From the NCBI GenBank assembly GCA_051047955.1, contig JBPGPT010000006.1, positions 496,001-560,000 on the forward strand: a stretch of DNA of 64,000 nt, read 5' to 3'. The stretch's first letter is position 1. The number at the start of each line of letters is the position of its first letter. A program made the position numbers and the translations under genes. Positions 54,030 through 64,000 of this stretch are shown piece after piece. This stretch comes from Cystobasidiomycetes sp. EMM_F5. Its lineage: Eukaryota. The notes beneath the pieces are model-generated. The model ran no database searches. It saw nothing but the letters and a program-made list of their open reading frames with translations, and was not told where the DNA came from.

Positions 54030-57000
54030 ATGAAGCGCACACTCAAGCGACTCAGTGCAAACATCAAGCCGTCGACCGAGGGCGATGACGTCGAGCAGGC
54101 AGAGAGCGCGAGCACGACGAGCCTGTCGCCAGCCTCGAGCTACGAGCTGGGAAGGCAGCAGCAGCACGACGAGCACCTCACGAGGAGCACTAGCAGGCTC
54201 TCCCTCGACGGCAAGCTGTCTGCCATCAAGCTCAGGCTGTCCAAGGTGACCTCGACCCCGTCAACGACGCAGCCAGCACGGTCAAGCGCGACCCACCCTG
54301 CCTCTGCCCGGGCGTCATTTGCAGCCTCAACAGCCCAGCGACCCACAGACTTGGACTCGCTGCACAGCAACAATAGCACAACGAGCAGCAGCAGCTCTAC
54401 GTTTGTCGAGGCGGAAGAGCCAAAGAACCGATTGCTCCTCCAGGCCGAGTCTGTGCCTGATTTGGGACAACCCCAAGAGATCTATCTCGGAGACGACGAG
54501 GAAGCCGCAGCGGCAGTCCAGGCTGAGGTGGGAGCTGGCAGAGTGGTCGTGGACCTCTCCCCGCAAGACCGTCACTACCTCAACAAGGCATTATGCCAGT
54601 GGGTAGTAGTACATACGAGGGTTGTGATGGTGCGCGCTGACGTGCGAGTCCCTGCTGCGTGAAGCCTTCAAATGGCAGAAGAGTGGGCGGCATTGTCAGA
54701 GATTGGCGAGCTGTCCAAATATCCAGCAGTACGCTTGATGTATACTTTGCCGTCTTCATTTCTGACAAAACCGCAAATCCGTGCAGCCATATCTACCACA
54801 CGCAAACGGACCACGCTCACGACCAGACTCGAAAGCCAAGGACAAGATGCCCGCTGATGTCAATAGGCTATCGGACGCTCCATTCATGAGCTACCTTAGT
54901 TGGCGGCTACTATTCGTGGGTGCACAAGCTCGTTCTGTATGCCTTAAAGCAGTGTGTCTGACCATATCTTCAGACCTTTCCTGGATTACGGTCGAACCCA
55001 GACGACCAATGGCACAAACTACAAGCTTTTTTCGATTCAATGGCCGAACACAATTTGAGCACTACATCCGACAGAGGAGAAGTGACAAAACGGTAAGACC
55101 CTTCCCCATAAGCCTCGCTATTCATCTAGACTCATGTGCAATGGACATGGCAGCCGAGTTATGGCAATGGCATTCAATCGACTCTTTGCAACTTTCGGAG
55201 CCATGGGAGTGAGATCAGCTGGCGATTCACGTCCAGCACGCATGGATGAGCAGCTCGGCACGAGCATCGATGACCTGTACGCCACTGCATCTGAGGCAGA
55301 CCGAGCGCTGTGGGTCAAGGCCGGCGAGCAGGTTCGTGATCATCGGTCGAATTGGAGAGGTTGGGTCAAGGATCTTTACTTGGACGGTGTGCTTGAAAAT
55401 CACATCCTCAGGGTCAATTTCCTGACGTTGATAATCATTCTTTAGGAGAACTTGACGATACATTTGACCTCATTGCCGAGAAGCCGTCCACCGAGGATCT
55501 GCCAGAGCGGTACCAAAAGCTCATCAATTGGGCCTGCATGTGGATTGCGCAACTCATCTAGTGGGTTTGACAAAAGCTCAGAGAATGTTGTTTTGGCTGA
55601 TTATCATGCAGCGCCATTTTCGTTGCGTCGGATAATGCAAAGGAACACTTGAGCTTGTTTGGACGGTAAATTTCGTCTGGCCTCCGTGGAGTCGACGCCT
55701 GAAGCTGACAGCTCCCTCAGAATTCACCGCATGATTCCATACGGACTCTTCAGGCAAGTTTGCCTTACAAGGGAACACGCGCGCGGTCGATTAACATCGT
55801 TATAACAGACAATCACTCAGGATTGCAAGTCCTGCTTTCCTGGCACGAACAATGGTCAATGTCATATTTTCCGAACCCTTCAGGCAAAAGAGCTTGTTTA
55901 CTCGCGTGTGCACGTCCATTCTGAGTAAGTGACGGTATTCTGTAGCAGATGGATGGAGTTGACAAGGTCCCCAGGTGGCGATCTGAAGAACAAGACTGCA
56001 AAGCTTGCCGAACTGTCCAAGAGTCTCAATGACGCACAGGTGTACAGTATACTCGAAAAATACGTCAATGCACCTCTGGCACAGCAAGAAGTTGTCCGTC
56101 GAATATCCGGTTAGTGTGCTCACTAACGCGGAGGACAATTGACTGACAAGACGAGCAGGTGCACGACGGGAAGACATTGTTCTCGCAGTGTTGCGCAACG
56201 GTGGAGTTGATCAAGCCAGCCTCGCACGGTGGCAGGGGTGCTGTGAAGCGTATCAAGTTGCACTCAAGAAGAGCGACAGCGCTGCGCTCGACTATGAGGG
56301 AGACAATCCCTCTCAGCGCTATGCGCTCCTGAAGGTCATCTTGAAGTGAACTTGCTTGCTGTGACAGCCGAGATACCCGAAGGCTGACTTGTCGACTATC
56401 AGAACGCTGTGCGAAAAGCGAGACCGAGAAGAGATTTCCGAGGTCGTTCTTGAGTCGAACACGCCAGAGGTGAGTCAACAGTTTGTAGCAATATTATCAC
56501 CAGGCTCAAATCCGAAACCCCTTCTAAGGTCATCAAGACGATCATTGCGGCCTTTTATGACACCGTCACATCTATCGCCAGTGCGACAAAGCTCAGCATC
56601 CATGTCACCGATCTCGAGAATTTCATGGGTGATGTTGTCAAAACGTGCGGCAAAGCAGATTGCAGTAGGTCGTATTTGGTTCTGATTGTCAGCAAGGATT
56701 GATTGACACTGCGTTCAGCTCGTGCCGATACCATTCGGCTGGTTCAACGAAACGCCCCTTCCTTCTATCGCTTCATTCACGATCTGCACTCTCACGATCA
56801 AGACCTTATGAGCGGCTTCATCGCTTGGGATCGGACTGCCTTCGACATGATGAAGGATGGTGTACCAACACAAACTGGCCGCGACGATCGCTTCGGGATC
56901 AGCGACGAAATCCTTGCAAGCCTATCGGCAGAACGCCAACAGTCTGTTCTCGCTGAAATTCGGCAACTGACCAGCTGGACGCGCATGCACAAAGCTAAAG

Positions 57001-57341
57001 AAGATATTCGACGAAGAATCGACTTCGCCCAGTTGGCGGACCCTGCTTTCGATGGCGAAGCCGTCAATCTTCTTACCCGTCTCATCGATGCATCACCGGA
57101 ATTCAATGCGCTGCTGAGCGAGCAGTGCGCAAGAGGCATCTCAGAACCGACTGACGCCCTTGAGTGGATTTGGTACTCGAGCAAAGCGAAAGCCTTCTCA
57201 AACATAGCGCCGTCTGGCACGGCCACATCGGGTACAGCAAAGCCACCTGTTCGACTAGACAATGTACGGTTGTTATTGCCAGCATACCGTGCGGCAATCA
57301 GCGACTCTCTCAAGGCAGCTCGTGAAGCGGAGATCAGATAG
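54030..57341 (+). CDS. PX-associated/DUF3818 protein (YPR097W-like)
   Basis: LSPQDRHYLNKAL resembles the PX-associated N-domain; EPFRQKSLFTR and FYRFIHDLHSHD resemble DUF3818; many introns; Ser-rich N-terminal extension. Confidence 0.65.
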
Positions 57342-57595
57342 TGGATGTTTAGGTAGGATAACATGTAGCATTCTCTTGGCTGTGGAATCGTTCAGTGCAG
57401 GGCTTCTGTAGCAATTTCCTTCAGACGTTTAGTGGTCCGCTCTGGTCAGTAGGCTTGTGCCGCGAAGTCCGTAAATGAAGTACTGCCAATTCTGGAACGT
57501 TATTGCATTACCATCGCATGTTTTCTAGACAGCAAAGTTGCATGGCCCGTCTACGTTGCTTGAACGAGAATCTGCTCCCTCTTAAAAAACTCATT

Positions 57596-59006
57596 TCACC
57601 TTGCTGCATTCTGGCCAGCGGGTGCGGGTTGTGCGGCAGCCCCGGCTGGTTGACCAGCAGGTTGAGCCTGCAAGATGCTCGAACTGTATCTTACGATCTG
57701 CTCAGAAGTCGGATCAGTAACTTAATACTATGTCACAGGTGCAAGAACCGACCATATCTCTCGAAAATACGACTCCCTTACGAACTGCATCTGGGCAGCT
57801 TGGGTGTTGAGTGAGCTGGTCTACACGGGCTGACACATCTGCAAAAGCTGCTCGGGTATGCGGAGACATGTAGTATCGCAATCGTAGGAAATGCGCGTAG
57901 AAGAGCGGCGTGAGGAGTCTGCGCGAATCGAGATGGAGGTCAGTCTGATATTTGTGATTGTCGTTCATGGTCTTACGAATTGCGGAAACTGGAGGATTCG
58001 GCAAGCGTTAGATTTTGCAGGCTATGCGTAGCCACTCGCTGCTCACGTAATAGCCCCCAACAGCACTCGGCCCATGATGACCACTACTTCGAAATAGCTG
58101 ACGAAGATCATTGCTCCTTCATAATTCTTCTTGATCCATACTTGAAGTCTCTTGTTCAGCTCAACAGCAGGGCCGCTAGCGGGCGGCGGCGCAGGAGTAG
58201 AGGATGGCTTGTCAGTCTTCTTCGCTGGGGCACTTGGCTTGGGGAGGAGTGTTCTGACGAATGTCAAAGTATGGAAGAGCGAGAACGTTGCGAAGGGTAC
58301 GAGAGCCAGCGGAATGGGTTTCTGGCGGGGCGATCAAGATACGGGTCAGCATATTGCAAACTGGCTGCGCAAGGGCCTGTCATTGATATACCTCGACTGG
58401 AGAAAGCAGGAACAGGGAACGTCAGTTTCGCTACTGCGCTTGCGCATCCAGTCTTTTGTACCTAGATTCCAGTAAAGTGCCAATAGCAGGAACTGCACAT
58501 TCTCGTCCAACAAAGCTTTTTGGAGATATGCACGGCTTGCGGAGGGAATACCTAGAGACTTGTACTGCACGAAAGTCGTCCATGAGTCCCACGCATCACT
58601 ACATCATTGGCTTGCAGTGTCAGCAAACTTACAACCACAATGCCCTGCTCAGAATCAACGTTGTCAGAGCAAATCACGACATATCGAATAGCAGTTTGCA
58701 CTCGCCCATGAGACTATGGCATACACGGTCAGTAAAAGCATCATGGACCAGCTCAGCAGGGGCCGGTTACGTACCTATAGCACCAGAGAAGGCCAGCTTG
58801 TATGCGTAAGGATGCGGTTTGAAGGTAACGACGCCGATAAAGCAGTACAGAGACGCCAGCAGTACGGCAGCGTGGCCGCCAGCCCAGACCTAAATAGTTA
58901 TCGTTGGACGTTCCAAATTGTCAGCAAAAGCTACACCATCTCGCCAAACTGAAGTCCATCATGAACCCTAACGCACATAGTGCGGTATCGAGGTTCGAGT
59001 CGCCAT
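57596..59006 (-). CDS. POM33: TMEM33/Pom33/Per33 family ER and nuclear-envelope membrane protein
   Basis: AYKLAFSGAIGTYGIV, LLDENVQFLLLALYW, PFATFSLFHTLTFVRT, YAHFLRLRY, HPSCP. Confidence 0.88.
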
Positions 59007-59141
59007 ACTGAGTAGCCTGGTCCGTGTGTTCGGTTTGCGAGACTTGGTCGATGTTAGTCTACAACCAGGAGCAGCCCGAATTTCGCGTCGCAGCAGGTTT
59101 CCTTCGTTCCAAATCTTCCCTAACTGCTGCACTCGCCAGTC

Positions 59142-62100
59142 ATGGCCTCAGCAGATTCTGATATGAGTGTCGAGGACACGGCTGCGCCAACTGCAGACGT
59201 GCTGCCGCTGCCTACTGAGGCGTCTGCGGCGATGGAAGCCAATCCGACGGACGAAACTGCTACGATAAGCTCTGCAAAGATTCCTGGCTTTGATGTCGAT
59301 GCAGCTGTCGCTCTGGAAGAGGAGAAGGAGTCTCAAATCGCTATGGAAGGGCTGCTTGCATTCGCCGACACCTCTGGCAACGCGACTGGATTGGACATTG
59401 CTGCCGATGAAGACGCCCAGGCGACTCCCTCCACGGCGCTTGAAACTGTCCCACAGCAGCCAGCTGAGGGGACGTTAGCAACGCAGCAAGATCGGTCTCC
59501 GCCTACGTTTCCAGACCCAGAACTACCAGGATTGAAAGCGGATGCCCCGACAACCCTACCTGCTGCCGATTCAACAAGCCTTATTCCTGATGCAACCGTG
59601 GTGAAAGAAGAAGTCGCTACACTTCCATCGCTGTCGTCTACGGACATAGTTGTTGACGAAGCAACAGAAGCAGCTGCAGCGCCATCAGATGAAGTCATAC
59701 TGAATTCTGCGCCCATCTTTTCCGAAATTGCCCCGCAGTCCGTTGAGCAGCCTTTGCCAGCCGTCTCGAATGTCGTACCTCCACTAGAGCATGTGCAGGT
59801 CAAGCAAGAGGCCCAGTCCGCTTCTGCACTTCCCAATGTGACCGAGAATACCGTTGCAAAGCAGGCTGCTGCCTCCTTGCTCAATCGGAAACCGCAGACT
59901 TTGACTCGGCTTGCAAAGTTGAAGCAGAGGGTTGACAAAGATCGCTTCGATGGGGAGGCCTGGTCTGAGCTCATCATAGACGCTTTGCAAAAGGGTGACC
60001 TTGAGCGCACACGCGATGTATATGAAGGCTTCCTCAAAGCATTTCCTGACAATGTAGGCCGATTTCTCTTTCTGCATTCCCTCCGCTTCCCAGTCAAGCC
60101 GCTCTGCACTATCAGTGATGTGGAGCAAAGCTATATGGAACTCTTTTCTAATTTGATGTTTTCCACTCTTTGCATCGATGTTCCAATTGCAATGAACAGG
60201 CTGCAGAATGGATTGCGTACGCCGAGCTGGAGCTATCACACGGCAACAACGCCAAAGTCAATCAGATCTTCAGTCGATGTTTGCGCACTTCGGCGTCCGT
60301 CCGGCTTTGGCACTTCTACTTGACGTACATTCGCCGCACAAACCCGATTGACCGGTCCAGCCCAGAGCGAGCTTTGCCTGCCCGTGATACTATCACCAAG
60401 GCGTTCGAGTTTTCCCTGGCGCACGTCGGTTCCGATCTTGATGCTGGCGTTATATGGCACGACTACCTGGAGTTTCTGAAAGAAGGAGATGTACGCGTTT
60501 ACCACTTTTAGTAACCTTCGTGTCAAGACTTACCTTGTGTGACATAGGTTTCGAGCACGTGGGAAGGTCAACAGAAGATGGACAAAATGCGTCAAACTTA
60601 CCAGCGCGCGGTCTGCATACCTCTCGACAATGTAGAGCACATTTGGAGAGAGTATGACGCGTTCGAAAACACGCTTAATCGAGCAACGGCAAGTTCCCTA
60701 AGACACCGCTACGAAAATCGTGCTGATGCATCGTATCGCTGTAGGCGAAGAAGTTTCTGCAAGATCGCTCACCTGCGTACATGACCGCGAGAGTCATGTC
60801 AAAAGAGCTACAAAGACGCTCACAAAACCTGGCCAGACCAGCCATTCCTCAACGCCCAGAGTGGTCATCGCAAACCGACAGAATGAGAGGCGATGCATGG
60901 AAAGATATTATATCGTATGAAGAGTCCGACCCTCTGGAGCTGGGCGACCCTGCTGCTCTCAGATCACGAGTGTCGCTAGTTTATCGCAAAGCCCTCGCAG
61001 ATCTACGCTTCTACCCCGAAATATGGTGAGACACATTGTTCGGCTATCGACTTTGGCTCACAGTAAGCACAGGTACATGGCCGCAGCGTTTGTTATGAGG
61101 ACCGGCAAGCCCGATGAAGCGCTAGTCTTCTATCGATCAGGCATGGAGGCCAATCCTACCAGGCAAGCTCTACCTTGTACTACATGTATCAATCTAATCG
61201 AGCTTCCAGTCTGCTGCTAAACTACGCTTATATCGAATTCGAGGAGGGTAGAGGAAATCTGGAAGAATGCAAGACTGCCTACAATAACCTCGTAGATCGT
61301 CTTACAAGCGATACCGACATCAACATTGCTAGCACCAAACAAGACATCGAAGATGCTCTGGAAGAAAAGCGAAGGGTAGAGGCTCAAGAGCAAGCCACAC
61401 GCGCTCAGCAGAATCATTTTGATGAAACCGAAGTAGTGAGCGAGGAAGCGCGAAAACAGGAAGCGGAAAGTATCAGAAAAGCCATCGAAGACAGCCGAAG
61501 TGGCAAGCTAGAAGAATTACGGCGCTTGGGAACGAATGTCTGGATTATGTATATGCGATTCGCTCGAAGAGCAGAGGTTGGTGGCACCTATAGAATGAAG
61601 AGACGTAGGTTGACGGCTCTTTCCAGAGTATTCAAGCAGCGCGCGCAATCTTTTCTCGCACTCGACGATGGCCACACGTCACTTGGCACGCCTTTGTCGC
61701 GTCCGGTATGCTTTGACTAATTTTACGCTGGCCGATTGTCGCTGATCTTCACTCACAGCTATGCTGGAGTTGCGATGGAACAAGGAACCCAAGGTTGCAA
61801 TGAATGTTTTTGAAGTTGGATTGAAGCGGTTCCCAGATGAAGTAGAGTTCGTACTGCATTACCTAGACTTTCTGATTACCACCAATGATGAGGGTAGTAC
61901 GTCCTTGACACACCTTCGCTTCACATATCGAGGTATGCTGACGCAAGCACACAGACGCACGAGTCGTGTTCGAGAAGACAGTATCTAAATTATCTCCGGA
62001 GAAAGCGAAACCCCTCTGGAAACGTTGGGCCGAGCATGAATACATATACGGCGAGCTTGCTGCGGTCAAACAGCTTGAAGCGCGTTTATCGGAAACATAT

Positions 62101-62930
62101 CCCAACGATCCTCCAATCATTCGCTTCACCGACAGGCACTCATACCTCGATTTGAATGACATTGCAGCCGTTGATCTAGGACGACAACTGACAATTTCGG
62201 TACCGCAGCAGACTGGCGAATCTTCGACACACACGACAAAGAAGCCGGAAGCGGTGCCGCCTGCTATACAACCGCCAAATTTCGACGCTCCGCCTTATCA
62301 ACAGCCTTACCAGCCTGGTCCTGAGATGGTGCAGCCGCCGTACGGGGCGACTCCCCAACAGCCTCCGATGCAGCCGCCAATGTTCGCCAACCCACCAATG
62401 AATTATCCTAGAGGTCCCCCAAGTATCGATGGCAGTCTGGATAGCGCACGCCGGTCGAGCAGGGCAGGTGGCAACAATAGACGCCGCAGATCACCATCTC
62501 CGCAACGATATCCTAGCAAACGTGCACCCAGTCCACCTCGAGTCAGTAGGCACACGCCGCCCTCTGACTTCCCTGAAAGCATACCGTGGATGATGAGCCA
62601 GCTTCCGAGCAAGACCGTATTTGCACGTAAGTTCGCGGCGCTTGTTATGTGGTCTCTTAACTAATTGTACGAGTGCACAGCGCACGGACCGATACTGGAT
62701 GCTCAGCAAGTCATACACGCTCTCATGAACGCGCCTCTGCCCCCTGGTCCAGAACATAGCCGTGGTCGCGACCGCTCCATTAGTCCTAGACGGCGCATGG
62801 GCGGGCCTGGCGGACCTATGGGTGATCGTAAGGGAGGATCAATTGCGTTGTTTTCCCGCTACTAAGTCCAGCCACATTCCATTTGTTAGGTCGGCGTTCT
62901 CCCGATTATGGCCCTAGGCGGCGCGGATAA
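59142..62930 (+). CDS. RNA14: mRNA 3'-end processing HAT-repeat protein Rna14/CstF-77
   Basis: HAT repeats (AAEWIAYAELE, SVRLWHFYLTYIRR, AFEFSLAHVG, YQRAVCIPLDNVEHIWREY, SPAYMTAR, FYPEIW, VWIMYMRFARR, VFEVGLKRF); Pro/Arg-rich tail. Confidence 0.94.
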
Positions 62931-63053
62931 GGAGGCAACAGCGTCACCGGGCTATTGTACTGGATATGATTGCAACAATATATAGTTGTAATTCAAGTAT
63001 TACAAGCCACCTACAGCTTGATAATGGTAAATGCCTGGGCATGCCCGATCACC

Positions 63054-64000
63054 TCACAGTCCACTACTGTCCGCACACTCGCCAGTCGCTTCATCGACGG
63101 ATATCATCTGTAGAGCACAAATTTCAGTCGCCCAGTATCGAATAATAGGAACCACATGCTGACCAGACCATCGAAGCATGGCTGCATTCTGATTGGGCCT
63201 TTCGGTCCGCCCTCCCATTCTTCCAAAGACTCGAGTGCAATCTGGATTAACTCGTCCCCATTATCGCTGTGTCGCATCTTGGGGTTAAAAGCACCAAACG
63301 ACATCTTTTCTGCTCGCGATTGAAGGCCACCAGGCTCTGTCTGTGGTTTGATCGATGGCCGCTGACCGCTGGACACTGCCGCAAAGGCACGCTCCCAGGT
63401 GGCGTGGGTGACGCTGCGGGTTCAAGCACATAAATTACAATGCACAGCCGTCATGTGTATGAGCTTTACCGGTGAGCGAAGCCTAGCGTGTAGGTGCGCT
63501 TTGCCTGCAATCGGCGCGCAGTGGCGACGGCTTGCGCAAAGCTGCAGAAACGCTTGAGCATGAAACGCTGTCAATGACCGATTATTTACCCAAAGTGCGA
63601 GGTATGCGGATATACCCGTAAGCAGTCTATTAGCAGAATTTGAGGCCTTGTCGCGTTACGGGGTGTTTGTGACCCGCCCAAAATGGATGCCTTGCCGTTC
63701 GACAGCTTTGCCATTTCAAGGCTCTCCTTCGCTTCGTGCAGCACGTCGCTGGCGTCTTTAGAGGAAGCGGCGGCCTCTATCTCTTGGTTGCCCTTTCGTT
63801 GCGTGCTCCCCTCCAACAATTCCCAAGTGGATTCGGGAATGAAAGATACGTCCGATATGTATACTATGCTTCTGTTGAACATGAAGCCTAAACACCAGTA
63901 GGGCTCTTTCTTTATGAAGTACACTCCGTGGTGCACTGGTAACGGTGTGACGGTGACGCCGCACACATCGAATGTATTGTTTTCGTCAAATATGATCCAG
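63054..64000 (-). CDS. Metallo-beta-lactamase superfamily hydrolase (PhnP/YycJ-like), 3' part
   Basis: VTPLPVHHG, CLGF, YISDVSFIP, LLIDCL...HTSHF, RTYTLG, PCFDGL; 5' end outside window. Confidence 0.85.

Noticed and set aside
57596..57660. Apparent frameshift at the POM33 C-terminus
   Set aside because: Recounting the C run (four C) gives a clean QPAGAAAQPAPAGQNAAR-stop.

Overview
Gene-dense, intron-rich fungal genomic DNA (short GT-AG introns, CTRAC-type branch sites; gene content suggests a basidiomycete, by inference only). About 23 conserved or family-assignable genes are recognisable: alpha/beta-hydrolase, RMT2, a putative GPI-anchored protein, an ENT nucleoside transporter, an MBP1/Res-type APSES factor, HEM12, a Chk2-like FHA kinase, HIS6, KHA1, DEG1/PUS3, cyclin C, CCT2, ARMH3-like, IES1, Xaa-Pro peptidase, SEC63, a GT4 glycosyltransferase, CAB1, TTC1, a PX-associated/DUF3818 protein, POM33, RNA14 and a PhnP-like metallo-beta-lactamase. 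Two orphan islands interrupt them (about 3.5-8.4 kb and 43.2-47.6 kb). The strongest unexplained signal is in the first island: four small, co-oriented, highly diverged genes that each carry the same ungapped motif H-x7-G-x7-C-x2-[AS]-[CW]-C, which I cannot assign to a known family. Gene boundaries were derived by reading splice sites by eye; family names come from motif recognition, not database searches.
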